This document shows, piece by piece, positions 8,938-18,576 of a stretch of DNA of 52,579 nt. Source of the DNA: Thiobacillaceae bacterium (GTDB taxonomy: Bacteria > Pseudomonadota > Gammaproteobacteria > Burkholderiales > Thiobacillaceae). How positions within the stretch are numbered: position 1 is the stretch's first letter; each line of letters begins with the position of its first letter. The notes under the pieces were generated by a model. It was not told where the DNA came from. It did not search any database and saw only the letters and a list, made by a program, of their open reading frames with translations. The position numbers and the translations under genes are program-made. The stretch lies in the NCBI GenBank assembly GCA_041736375.1, contig JBGSTQ010000423.1, positions 1 to 52,579 of the forward strand, written 5' to 3'.

Positions 8938-10395
8938 TCAGATGTCGAGCGTGCCCAGGTAGATCAGAAACTCGGCCTTGGCCCAGGGGTGCGCCAGCCC
9001 GCCTCGCTTGAAAATGTCCACGATGTTCTGCTTGTGCTTGGATGCGGACAGCCAGGCCAGGAACTTCACCAATGCCTCTTGGCGTCCCTCCTCGTGCAAC
9101 GACTCGAAGTACGCCCACAACGACTGGTTCCTTGTCATCTCCGCCTGGGCCTTGTCGCGGCGCTGTGCTTCCAGCTTCTCCCTGGAGGCATGCCTGGCTC
9201 TGGCTTCCTCTTCACGTTTCACATCGTGCTGGCTCCGCCTGATTGCCGCACCCTCCTTCAAAGCCACGAGGAAATAGGGGCCGATGTCCTTCACCTTGCC
9301 GGCGCGGTAGCGGGACAACACGTATTCCATTGCGCCCTGGATGGCGGTTTCCGGGAATTCACCGCACACACGAGCCGCAACCCTGGCCGAGAGGCAGAAC
9401 TCTTGTTGCAGGCGAGTCATGATCGGATTCGGCTCATCGAGGGGCCTATCGCCAGCCTGGGCGATATTTACTGGTTCAGGCAGACCCTTGCCCTCATCAG
9501 ATCCATTTGACGCAAGCACAGGCGTCTTATCGCTTTCTGCAACGGCATCCGGAACAGACTCGGATGATGGATGAACAGGTTCAAAGGAATCCGCCATTCC
9601 TATCGGGGGTTCGATCTGCATGTTCTGCTGGGGATTAGGCTCGATCAAGAATCGGATTTCCGCGACTCGGCGTGCCTGTCTTTTCACCTGAGTGGTAATG
9701 AGCAGATCTGTAATCGCGTTGACCTCACGGAGTGCGGGCTGGATCACCCGCTCGTTCAGCTTCCGGTAGTCCTCGTAGTACGGATCACTTGCGCCCAAAA
9801 GCGCCCTGAGCGCATCGACCGGGAATGAAGGGGTCTGCCCAAGCCTGCGAAAGCGTGCGCAGTTTTCGTACAACGCCAAGGCATAGCAGGAATGGAAGCG
9901 GCGCACGATGTCGATATCGAGCAGGACGTAAAACTGGGGGTTGAACAGCTTCACCCGGAGATGGGGGCTGTATGCGTAGGTGCAGACACCATCAATGATG
10001 TCCGCGCTGGCCAGCAACGTGGAAACACCCCATTCCCGCTTGCCGGCGTCGTTCAGTATGTCCCACTCGATGACCGTGCTCGTGAGGGCCTTCAGCAGCG
10101 TCTTGATGCGAGCGACATCGTGACTGTCATAGCCGATCAGATCCACAAGCTGTCTGACCGGTATTCGATGGATTGTGATGCTTGGGTTCGGCAGCTCGTA
10201 GTAGGCGTTGAGCAGGAGCGCGTTGATCAGCTTGCGTTGAACCAGGGTGATGTTGTTGGTGATGTGGACAGCCTCGACGCATTTCCTGACCTGGCGAGTC
10301 CGGGATTTTCTTGCAGGCTTGGTCTTTCGCCCCGGCTTCTCTGGATGTTTCCCGCCAGGCTGGCTGGCGTCTTTGGTCACAGCGGTTTCTCCCAT
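8938..10395 (-). CDS. Plasmid replication initiator, Rep_3 (RepA/RepB winged-helix) family
   Basis: ITLVQRKLINALL, YALALYE..ARFR, LRALLG...Y...NERVIQPALREVN...KRQARRVAEIRF are Rep_3 hallmarks. Confidence 0.88.
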   Translation of the reverse strand: MGETAVTKDASQPGGKHPEKPGRKTKPARKSRTRQVRKCVEAVHITNNITLVQRKLINALLLNAYYELPNPSITIHRIPVRQLVDLIGYDSHDVARIKTLLKALTSTVIEWDILNDAGKREWGVSTLLASADIIDGVCTYAYSPHLRVKLFNPQFYVLLDIDIVRRFHSCYALALYENCARFRRLGQTPSFPVDALRALLGASDPYYEDYRKLNERVIQPALREVNAITDLLITTQVKRQARRVAEIRFLIEPNPQQNMQIEPPIGMADSFEPVHPSSESVPDAVAESDKTPVLASNGSDEGKGLPEPVNIAQAGDRPLDEPNPIMTRLQQEFCLSARVAARVCGEFPETAIQGAMEYVLSRYRAGKVKDIGPYFLVALKEGAAIRRSQHDVKREEEARARHASREKLEAQRRDKAQAEMTRNQSLWAYFESLHEEGRQEALVKFLAWLSASKHKQNIVDIFKRGGLAHPWAKAEFLIYLGTLDI

Positions 10396-10440
10396 CCCAT
10401 GAGCGTCATCGCCCTCAGTCCGGGCGCTTGCCGGCTCCGA

Positions 10441-10644
10441 TCACCTGGGCGCAAACCCGACCTCGGCCAACGCCTTACGAACCTTCTCAGCCGCGAACAT
10501 CATGCGATAGGCCTCGTCGGTGTCCTGCGCGTTTACATAGAACTGCTCGAACCCCACCCGCTTGAGGAACTGAGCCAAATCCCAGGCTTCGGTCTCGGAA
10601 AGCAGAACCGTCAAATCAACATTTGCCATCTCTGCATCTTTCAT
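10441..10644 (-). CDS. Small conserved hypothetical protein of plasmids/ICEs
   Basis: LSETEAWDLAQFLKRVG...AQDTDEAY..M pattern familiar from mobile elements; 4-bp overlap with the upstream ORF. Confidence 0.65.
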   Translation of the reverse strand: MKDAEMANVDLTVLLSETEAWDLAQFLKRVGFEQFYVNAQDTDEAYRMMFAAEKVRKALAEVGFAPR

Positions 10645-11186
10645 TCCAGGTGTTCCCCGAAGAGGCTGTCCAGGTTCTTCTCGCTGCTGGCCTGCAACTC
10701 GGTCAGTCGCTTCCGCTGGTAATCCAGCACCGGCTTCTGATGGACCTTGAGGCTGTTCACCGATTGACGGGTGCGGTACATCAATCCGGCCAGGCTCTTT
10801 CTCGATGACAGTAATTTATCGACGATGGCGATGGTCTCCAGCGTGACCTCGGCGTTGATCTCGAATGCTCCGCGCCGGCAGACGCGCTTGGTGAGATGGC
10901 CGTTGACCTGTTCTGTCCAGAAGCGGCCGGAGCGTTGGCTCTTGTGCCACACGACCACAACGGGTTCCACCTTGTCGGGCCGCTGGCGTTTCCAGTACTG
11001 GATGCCCAGCTTTCCGTCCATCGGGGGCTGGCAGTAGTTCAACACCACGTCCGACTTCTGCAACAGCTCATCGACTTCGGAAAGCAGGCTTCCTAGATCA
11101 GCAAACAACGCGCGCCCTTGTTCGGCGATCCCGGCCAGCCAGGCACGATGTTCTGCGATGCGTTCCTCGTTGCTCGACGACGGCAT
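10641..11186 (-). CDS. Hypothetical protein (181 aa), first gene of the rep operon
   Basis: Co-oriented and overlapping with 10441-10644; divergent from parM. Confidence 0.6.
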   Translation of the reverse strand: MPSSSNEERIAEHRAWLAGIAEQGRALFADLGSLLSEVDELLQKSDVVLNYCQPPMDGKLGIQYWKRQRPDKVEPVVVVWHKSQRSGRFWTEQVNGHLTKRVCRRGAFEINAEVTLETIAIVDKLLSSRKSLAGLMYRTRQSVNSLKVHQKPVLDYQRKRLTELQASSEKNLDSLFGEHLE

Positions 11187-11411
11187 TTTCGGGGGTGGCT
11201 CAAGGACTAATAAGGTTATGTGGTTCGGTGCCTGGCTTTGGCATGTCGACGGACGATGTCAGAGCGGGGTGGATGCTATCGGCATTTATCATTACTTGCA
11301 ACGGTATATCTTGATGCGCTATTGTTCTAGACATCTGACGACGTTTTCGGTCGTCTGTTTCGGAAATCCGATTTCCGATGTCATTTCGAGACAACTCAAG
11401 AGGTGCATCAA

Positions 11412-12407
11412 ATGCCAAATGCAAACAGCGTGATCGGCCTGGATATCGGGCACTCCGCCGTCAAGATCGCGTGCTACAGCCAGGACGAGAAGGAGCGCCA
11501 TCTCCTTTTCCCGTCCATCGCGGTACCGGCCTTTTCCATTTCCGATGATGGCGAGGCCAGGCGTGCCGCGCGGGAAACGGTGATGGTGGGAAGCCGGGCC
11601 TATTTCTTCGGCGAGACCGCGCGCACCCAGGGCGGCACGTCCACGGGACTGTCTGAGGACTGGGTCGATACCCCGGAACACATGGCGCTACTGAAGGGTG
11701 CGCTGAAGCGTGTCCAGGATGAAGTCGGGCTACCCGAAACCGCCATGCTGGTCATGGGCCTGCCGACCCATCTTTTCTCGCGCCAGCGCGATCGCCTGAA
11801 GCAACTGGCCAGTGAAGCCCACAAGGGCGAGATCAAGGTGGTTCCCCAGCCCTTCGCACCATTCCAGATGATGATGCTCGACCGGCTGGGTAACCCCTCA
11901 CCGGTGCGCTCCATGATGGAGGAGTCCTGGGGGGTGATCGAGGTGGGCTACTACTCCACCGACTTCATGCTCATGCAACGCGGGCGCTGGGTGGAAAAAG
12001 CCTCGGGCTCCTGCGCGGGTGTGCGTGTCGCTGCAGATCATCTGGCGCGCATGCTCGCCGAGAAAGGGCTGACCGTCGATTTGCCAGAGTGCGAGGAAGC
12101 CCTGCAAACCCGGCGCATCCTGGACTTCGGGCGCAAGACTGATGTAGGCCATGAAGTGGATCAATCCGTCGCGCTGGTCGTCACCGAGGTCATCGACACC
12201 GCCACCCGGCTAATGGAGCCCTATGTCCGCAAGCTGGATGGGGTCCTGGTCGCAGGGGGCGGCGCGCCGATCGTTCACCCCAACATTCAGGAAAAGTGGC
12301 CGCATGCTCACATGGCCGACAAGCCACGCCTGGCCGTTGCGGAAGGGATGCGTCGCTTCGGGATGGCCCTGCTGCGCGCGCGCCAGTTGCAAGGCGTGAG
12401 CGCCTGA
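11412..12407 (+). CDS. parM: ParM/StbA-family actin-like partition ATPase
   Basis: GLDIGHSAVK (phosphate 1), VIEVGYYSTD (phosphate 2), VLVAGGGA (adenosine); GAGG RBS upstream. Confidence 0.85.
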   Translation: MPNANSVIGLDIGHSAVKIACYSQDEKERHLLFPSIAVPAFSISDDGEARRAARETVMVGSRAYFFGETARTQGGTSTGLSEDWVDTPEHMALLKGALKRVQDEVGLPETAMLVMGLPTHLFSRQRDRLKQLASEAHKGEIKVVPQPFAPFQMMMLDRLGNPSPVRSMMEESWGVIEVGYYSTDFMLMQRGRWVEKASGSCAGVRVAADHLARMLAEKGLTVDLPECEEALQTRRILDFGRKTDVGHEVDQSVALVVTEVIDTATRLMEPYVRKLDGVLVAGGGAPIVHPNIQEKWPHAHMADKPRLAVAEGMRRFGMALLRARQLQGVSA

Positions 12408-12420
12408 TCAGGGGACAGCA

Positions 12421-12804
12421 ATGGGAGCCTGGGTCAGAGGCGGCGAGCCGCCGGATGAAATCAAGGTCACGTTCGTGGTCAACGCCAGGAAAGATCCCGA
12501 ACTGGCCGCATGGCTTTGGGGGCTGCCCTATCGAGGGACTTCCGCATCGGTACGCGACATCCTGAGCGCTGCGGCCCGCCAATTGAGTCGACCAGCCCCG
12601 GATGCCAGCCCGGCTGCTGTGTCTCTGGATACAGCTGCATCGAAGACTGCTTCTCAGATGGGCGCGAATCACCCTACCCAGAAACCTGCCGCATTGGCCC
12701 AGATGCCTGCGCACGATATTTCCGGTGTGGCAAATCCAGAAGGCCAGGAAGTCATGACCGATGCCGTGGCCAAGCTGATGCGGGAGATGGATGATGAGTT
12801 CTGA
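12421..12804 (+). CDS. Putative ParR-like adaptor / ribbon-helix-helix DNA-binding protein
   Basis: Small ORF right after parM; IKVTFVV strand then helices, low-complexity linker, short acidic C-terminal helix. Confidence 0.55.
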   Translation: MGAWVRGGEPPDEIKVTFVVNARKDPELAAWLWGLPYRGTSASVRDILSAAARQLSRPAPDASPAAVSLDTAASKTASQMGANHPTQKPAALAQMPAHDISGVANPEGQEVMTDAVAKLMREMDDEF

Positions 12805-12958
12805 GCAACGCCTTCACGACACACCTACTACGCCATGGGAAGACAGGACTCCGGGCTCGTCAAGGACGCGAGGGATGCCCCGGCAGAGCCATGCGGCATA
12901 TTGGCGTGTTTGCGAAATAGTGTCTGGAGGGCAGGCATGCACACACGCAAAATCCGGA

Positions 12959-13498
12959 TTACGTAGCCTTCTTCGTTTTCGCCTGAGTCGTCCCCTTCGG
13001 GATCAGCGTCCAGTCCAGCCAGGTCGTCTTCGCCGCCTGTTCGTACAGCATGCAAATCAGCAGGCGTGTCTCCTGGGGCGTCTTCGCCCACTGCGCGTCG
13101 CTGAGTGCGAGACCGCTCCACATCGCATCATGCGTCATCGCTTCCCTCAGCCGTGCAATCCGCTCTTCCAGCGTAGGCGTCAACACGAAGTCCTCGGGGC
13201 TCAATGCGTCGGCCAGCAGGTAGGCCTGGGCGACAGGGATGGCCAGGTATTCGGCGGCACGTACCAAGGTGTCGCGCCCGAGCTGATAGATGGGCTTCTC
13301 TCCGCTCGCCAGCTTCATCAGGTAGACGTAGGTGATGCCCAGCGACTCGGCCAATTGTTTGGAAGTTTGGCCACGTTTGGACATCTCTTCCCACAGACGC
13401 GCGATAAGCGTCGCACCGGGTGGCGATTCGGGTGCCGCAGGCTGTTGAGCTTTGCTTCCGCGCGCTTTGGGAGGTGGTTGTTTTTTTGAAGTAGCCAT
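12959..13498 (-). CDS. XRE-family HTH transcriptional regulator
   Basis: TSKQLAESLGITYVYLMKLASGEKP HTH signature. Confidence 0.8.
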   Translation of the reverse strand: MATSKKQPPPKARGSKAQQPAAPESPPGATLIARLWEEMSKRGQTSKQLAESLGITYVYLMKLASGEKPIYQLGRDTLVRAAEYLAIPVAQAYLLADALSPEDFVLTPTLEERIARLREAMTHDAMWSGLALSDAQWAKTPQETRLLICMLYEQAAKTTWLDWTLIPKGTTQAKTKKAT

Positions 13499-13634
13499 AC
13501 CGGTCGCCTTAGTCGTGGCAGGAAAACCATAAGGTCACAGCAAGGATCCTATGGGCACTGTGGAAAAACCATACGTGCAAACGATTTTACAGGCAATGCA
13601 ATTCACAGTCGTTTTCTCAATGGAGGGTATCACC

Positions 13635-14606
13635 ATGCTCAAGAGTGGCAGTTCCCGCATCGCGGCGGCCCACAAGTACGTCAACGCCATGCTCAACGTG
13701 GCCTATATCACCGGATTCGTGCGTCAACCCGAGGGGCGCACGTTTCTCATCCAGCAGAAGAGCGAATCGGCAGACCTGGTTCACGCCATCCCCGTCCAGG
13801 TCGGCGATGGCATCGCCGTGCCGCGCGAGTTCACGCCGATCACGGCCACCTGCCATGTGTATGGCGTGAAGTCCTTGGATGGGTTGCGCAATGCCGAGTT
13901 GCGCGTAATCGACATGCGAACCCCGTCCACCCGCTCGATGCCGCTCTGGCTGGCCTGGAATGCCTCCATGCCGGAGGGCATCAAGCTGGATGGGTTCAAC
14001 CCGTTCCGGGCTGGCGCTCTCAAAGCCGAGTACACCGGACAGGATGAAGCAGCGGATGATCCGTTGCGCCTGGTCCTGGAAGCAACTCGTGGCCGGCTGG
14101 ACACGCGCTTGGGAGATAACGCCAACGTAGCAATGCTGGCTGGCGTCGTGGAGGGGGCCGCCTACATCAAGCCCACCGAGCATCAGCAAGGCTACATCGC
14201 CGCACTGATCCGGCAACACAGGAATCCCGACCAGAGCATCCCCGTCAGGTTGTATTCAAACAAACCCCAGTCGCACCTGTCGTCCATCTGCATCGGTGCG
14301 CCGGTCAAGGTGGTGGGGCAGATCCGGGTGAAGCTCATCCACGGCGAGCCCGAGAAAGAAGGCGATCCTCCCGTCATCCTGGGCAGGCAGCTTTACATCC
14401 TCTGCGGGGAGTTTTCTGTGGTGCAACGGGGGACTGAAGAACATCCCGGTGACATTCGTTTCCCCTTGCCAGACTGGTGGCACGAAATGGTTCAGCGACG
14501 TCGGGAGGAAGTGCAGGGCAATAAGGCGTCACAACACGGCGCCGAGCCGGGGCAGGAAAAGGCTGTGCATGCGGCGCCGGCCATCGTGGCCGATCCCTCT
14601 CTATGA
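13635..14606 (+). CDS. Hypothetical protein with two SSB/OB-fold-like repeats
   Basis: Duplicated NVAYITGFV and NVAMLAGVV starts, each followed by IPV; GAPVKVVGQIR resembles the SSB G..V.V.G.L motif; GGAGG RBS. Confidence 0.55.
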   Translation: MLKSGSSRIAAAHKYVNAMLNVAYITGFVRQPEGRTFLIQQKSESADLVHAIPVQVGDGIAVPREFTPITATCHVYGVKSLDGLRNAELRVIDMRTPSTRSMPLWLAWNASMPEGIKLDGFNPFRAGALKAEYTGQDEAADDPLRLVLEATRGRLDTRLGDNANVAMLAGVVEGAAYIKPTEHQQGYIAALIRQHRNPDQSIPVRLYSNKPQSHLSSICIGAPVKVVGQIRVKLIHGEPEKEGDPPVILGRQLYILCGEFSVVQRGTEEHPGDIRFPLPDWWHEMVQRRREEVQGNKASQHGAEPGQEKAVHAAPAIVADPSL

Positions 14607-14847
14607 GGGCGGCGCATTCATGATTGCTCGGAATACTGTTTCGGAATGCTGATGTCTGTATTCAATGAGGGATTGTGCACATCCGCATTCCTTCTGGCGT
14701 GTTGCATCAGGGCCGGCCACACCACGGGGTGGCCGCCCTCCTCTCCTTTATCAGCAAACGTTTCCCCTACTCCTTGAAACCTGTGCCTGGCATCCGCCGG
14801 GCCTTCATCAACGCGCCGTGGGGCGCACATCAAGGAGAACCACCATC

Positions 14848-15438
14848 ATGGAAAAAGTGAAGCAACTTTTCGACGCCATCGTCGGCGCCGATGCCTGGTA
14901 CATCGCCGGCAGCCCGCTGCTGGGCAGCATCACCAACAGGGATGAGCCCACGGGCAACCCGAAAAACGAAGTGCTGTACTTCACCTGGGTCGGCGACGAG
15001 GAAGGCACGGAATTCTCGGAGAGCATCACCGAAGAAGACCTGGCCAACGCCACCGTCAACGGCAACACCATCACGATCAGCGACCCGAATGGTAATTTCG
15101 ATATCCAGCTTTACCGCTTGGCCCCGGTTGAAATCAACTCGGCACCACCATCATCTGCTTCGCAGGACGATGAAGAACGTAAAGCCCAAGGCCATGACCG
15201 TGGGAGATTGTTCATGCTGGAGTTGCTGGATTCCGTAGAAACATTGACAGGCATCGCGGAACAACACGGTGCGCGTACTTTGGCGGATCTCATGTACCTG
15301 CAAAACGCGATCCTGAGCGGTGGCTTCATTGACCACTACCCAGAAGAATCGAAGGTGCTTGAGATCGCCAGTGGCTTGCCGTCAGGCGGGCAGTGGTCGA
15401 AGTTCATCGCAGTCGAGTATTTGGCCTCTGAAACCTGA
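14848..15438 (+). CDS. Hypothetical protein
   Basis: AAGGAG RBS before ATG 14848; preceded by the backbone leader repeat. Confidence 0.65.
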   Translation: MEKVKQLFDAIVGADAWYIAGSPLLGSITNRDEPTGNPKNEVLYFTWVGDEEGTEFSESITEEDLANATVNGNTITISDPNGNFDIQLYRLAPVEINSAPPSSASQDDEERKAQGHDRGRLFMLELLDSVETLTGIAEQHGARTLADLMYLQNAILSGGFIDHYPEESKVLEIASGLPSGGQWSKFIAVEYLASET

Positions 15439-15514
15439 GCATCAACCACCCACGAGGGGTCTTTGGCCCCTCCGGGCCAGGACTTCTTCTCAATATCCAA
15501 GAAGGAGAAACACA

Positions 15515-15919
15515 ATGACCAGGGTTTATCTGGAAGCCTACGCGTGCGATGACTACGGCGATGGCCCCACGTTTGCTGAACTGGATGTAACGCCCGAGTT
15601 CTGCGCCCGTCTGCAACGCCTTGCTGCACTCGGCACCGAACATCAGCTCACCGAGCTGCGAATGTCAGACGGCCCTGATGCCTGGGGGCCAGGTGATATT
15701 GAGCAGGACATGCGCTTCACCATGCCGGAATTGGTGGTTGCGGGGGACAGTTTCTGGTTTACGGATCATCCGAAGCATGCCACGTACAGCGTGGAAACCC
15801 GCTCCATCGGGATCGCCGGATTTTGCGATGCCGTCGCAAAACACGAGCGTTCCGATCCGCTGTTCTTTGGCGATGATGTTGATGCCCTGAGGGCTTGCGC
15901 TGCGGACAATGTCGGGTAA
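15515..15919 (+). CDS. Hypothetical acidic protein (134 aa)
   Basis: AAGGAG RBS before ATG 15515. Confidence 0.65.
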   Translation: MTRVYLEAYACDDYGDGPTFAELDVTPEFCARLQRLAALGTEHQLTELRMSDGPDAWGPGDIEQDMRFTMPELVVAGDSFWFTDHPKHATYSVETRSIGIAGFCDAVAKHERSDPLFFGDDVDALRACAADNVG

Positions 15920-15958
15920 CGGACTTCCGCCCATTCATCTCGCGTTGAAACTCCCCTC

Positions 15959-15992
15959 AACCCCGCCTGGTCTCTGACCTGGCGAGGTTTTT
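15959..15992 (+). terminator. Intrinsic terminator-like hairpin, repeat copy 1
   Basis: AACCCCGCCTGGTCTCTGACCTGGCGAGGTTTTT. Confidence 0.65.
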
Positions 15993-16109
15993 ATCGTCTG
16001 CTGCTTGCCCTACTCCCCTCTGAAACCGAAGCGCCGGAATGGGCCTTGCCCCATTGCCGGCTTCACCAAACAGCCGCCCGTGGGGGTGGCGTCCAGAAGG
16101 AGAGTAGTC

Positions 16110-17051
16110 ATGAGCATCAACGTGCAGGAATTCATCGAGAAGGTCAACGTCGTCGCGGTCGACGCCGCCGTGTATTCGGGGAAGGTCTCGCGCGACCTGG
16201 CGGATGATCCCGAGGTCTTTACTTCTGGGTCGTTGAAAGTGATCGACCCCGTCTTGCTGAGACCATTCACGGCTTACAAGCAAGCGGCAATGCGGGCCTG
16301 TCGCAATACGGGCGTGGGATTCCTGAACGGCTTCGCCGTGCCGGACTCCCAGGTTGAGCCACTACTTCGGGTGTTGTCGCAGGTCGCCACGAAGTTCGAG
16401 CAGGCACGAACGGATTTCCTGTCGAAGTACCTGGCAGCCGTTGAGGACTGGGCCAATGCCCATCCCTCCCAGGCTTCGGAAATCCGCGCCAAGGCGCAGA
16501 CCCTGTCCTACGTGGAAAAGGCGCTGCGCTTCGGCATCGGTGTCTTCAAGGTGCAGCCCCAGGCCATCCCGGTCAGTCTCTCGGTCCCGGATGCAATCGG
16601 CCATGAGGTGGGCGGCATCGTGGGGCAACTTGCCCACGAGGTTGCCCAGGATGTCCGGGACACCTGGAGCCCGAAGGCAGATGGCGTGACCCAGAAAATC
16701 CGGGGCCTGCTAAACCGGGTTTCCGAGAAATGCCACAGCCTGGCCTTTCTGGATGGCAAGGTTGGCCGCATCGCTCACTTCGTGGACGAGATCGCCGTGG
16801 CGTTGCCCACCAACGGCAGGATCGTTGGCCGGGACTTCCTGATGCTGTCCGGGCTGATGGAAATCCTGTCCGATCCCGGCAGGCTCCTGGCTGAGTTAAA
16901 GCTGGAGATCATCCTGGCGGAAGAGCCTTCGGCCGAAACGGACGAGGTCGAGCTGGCAGTCGACGGTGAAGAACATCTCGTCGAACCCTGCATGTCGCCA
17001 GTTCCACCCGTCGTCGCGCCGGTCGTCGGCCGCAATGCCTACGCCTGGTAA
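16110..17051 (+). CDS. DUF3150-like protein of ICE/plasmid backbones
   Basis: SGSLKVIDP..L.PF..YK..A.R.C...GVGFLNGFAVP and LAFLD motifs; AAGGAG RBS. Confidence 0.7.
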   Translation: MSINVQEFIEKVNVVAVDAAVYSGKVSRDLADDPEVFTSGSLKVIDPVLLRPFTAYKQAAMRACRNTGVGFLNGFAVPDSQVEPLLRVLSQVATKFEQARTDFLSKYLAAVEDWANAHPSQASEIRAKAQTLSYVEKALRFGIGVFKVQPQAIPVSLSVPDAIGHEVGGIVGQLAHEVAQDVRDTWSPKADGVTQKIRGLLNRVSEKCHSLAFLDGKVGRIAHFVDEIAVALPTNGRIVGRDFLMLSGLMEILSDPGRLLAELKLEIILAEEPSAETDEVELAVDGEEHLVEPCMSPVPPVVAPVVGRNAYAW

Positions 17052-17079
17052 GCATGGCGCTTGTGCAGTTGCTTCACCC

Positions 17080-17114
17080 AACCCCGCTCGGTCTCTGACC
17101 TGGCGGGGTTTTTT
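17080..17114 (+). terminator. Intrinsic terminator-like hairpin, repeat copy 2
   Basis: AACCCCGCTCGGTCTCTGACCTGGCGGGGTTTTTT, near-identical to copy 1. Confidence 0.7.
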
Positions 17115-17199
17115 ATGGGCAGCCAATCGAGCATATGTACCCACACGTCCAGCAGGTAGCATTGCAACAATACGCATTATAACTTTTAGGGATGACACA

Positions 17200-18576
17200 T
17201 TGGAAAACGCGTCAGAAAGAAACGCACTTTTCATCTCTCATGCAACGCCGGAAGACAACGCGTTCGTGCGCTGGCTGGGGGCTAAGCTGACTGCGCTTGG
17301 GTACGAGGTATGGGCCGATGTCATGCGACTGCGTGGCGGTTCAGATTGGTCCAGGGAGCTTGAGGATGCACTTCGCCAGCGAGCCGCAAAAGTCCTGGTC
17401 GTCTGCACACCGCTAGGGCTGAATAAGCAGGGTGTTCGCAACGAAATCGAGATGGCATCGAACATCGCAAACAAGCTCGGCGACAAGGAATTCATCATCC
17501 CCCTTCGTCTCGAAAACTATGAGGCTCCTTTCCGGATCGCACATGTTCAGTATGTTGATTTCAAAAGAAGCTGGAGCCAGGGATTTATCGAACTGGCTGA
17601 GCTTTTAGTGCAATTCCCTGCCCTTCGCAAGGAACCCAACCGCTCAACCGAGGCATGGCTTGAGGGACAGCGCTCAGGGGCCGCCAGGCTCGTCAACAGG
17701 AAGGAATGGCTCTCGTCGAACTGGCTTCAGGTCACAGGGCTTCCTGGAAAGGTTTTCTATTGCGAACCTCCGGTAGGTTTCCAGCTAGAAAAATTACAGC
17801 ACCGCTCCTTCCATACCTGGCCAGTAGTTCCATTTCGCGGTGGTGTTCTAACCTTTGCTGAGCCTGACGCTGATGGTTTCCTTGGACAAGACCTGCCGGC
17901 CAAGACTATTGCAGCAATTGAGACCGGTTCATTCATTGACCATGGATGGGCTGAAATGGACATTCTTGGGTACGAAGCGAGAAGATTGTTCGCCGATCTC
18001 GGAAACCAGGCCTTTGAAGCCTTTCTTCACAAAAAAGGGCTTTCATTTTCAGAAAGCAGCATCAAGCATAGATGGTGGTATGGCGGTATCAAAACTGCCC
18101 CTCTGACTATGATTCCGTTCGACTGGGAGCACCAAAAGGGGCGGCGGCAGATTGTCGGCAAATCAGATAAACGAGGGATATTCTGGCACTACGCCATCAG
18201 CGGTCAGGTTCGAACCTCGCCAGTGCGTCATGTGCGTATCTCGGCCAGTCTGATCTTTTCCGACAACGGGATGGACGCCATGAACGATCACCGCAAGGCT
18301 CACCGTTTACGGAGATCATTTGCCAAGACATGGAGGAATGCGAGATGGCGGGACATGATGCTCGCCTTCCTATCCTGGATCTCTTCGGGTAAGGACGAAT
18401 TGATCATTCCCGTATCGAGTGGACGGTTTATTTACCTTGCCCTTCCTCCAGCAAGCTTCTTGTCACCGGTGACCGTGCTCCATGATGGTGAGGAACCACC
18501 TGACGAAGATGACCCCGACTTCGATGAGTCCGATTTAGACGATTACCCGGACTTTGATGAAGGGAGTGCTGAATGA
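17200..18576 (+). CDS. TIR-APAZ NADase effector of a SPARTA system
   Basis: LFISHATPEDNAFVRWL...GYEVWAD...GVRNEI (TIR with catalytic Glu), then an APAZ region (LSSNW, RRSFAKTWRNARWRDMMLAF) and an acidic tail. TTG start with AGGGA RBS inferred. Confidence 0.9.
   Translation: MENASERNALFISHATPEDNAFVRWLGAKLTALGYEVWADVMRLRGGSDWSRELEDALRQRAAKVLVVCTPLGLNKQGVRNEIEMASNIANKLGDKEFIIPLRLENYEAPFRIAHVQYVDFKRSWSQGFIELAELLVQFPALRKEPNRSTEAWLEGQRSGAARLVNRKEWLSSNWLQVTGLPGKVFYCEPPVGFQLEKLQHRSFHTWPVVPFRGGVLTFAEPDADGFLGQDLPAKTIAAIETGSFIDHGWAEMDILGYEARRLFADLGNQAFEAFLHKKGLSFSESSIKHRWWYGGIKTAPLTMIPFDWEHQKGRRQIVGKSDKRGIFWHYAISGQVRTSPVRHVRISASLIFSDNGMDAMNDHRKAHRLRRSFAKTWRNARWRDMMLAFLSWISSGKDELIIPVSSGRFIYLALPPASFLSPVTVLHDGEEPPDEDDPDFDESDLDDYPDFDEGSAE

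Noticed and set aside
12805-12958. Structured intergenic sequence as ncRNA, ssi or oriT
   Set aside because: Some pairing is possible but it matches no family I recognise; it may just terminate convergent genes.
16966-17199. N-terminal extension of TIR-APAZ in the ORF track
   Set aside because: It runs through the upstream gene and a terminator; TTG 17200 has an RBS right before the TIR motif.
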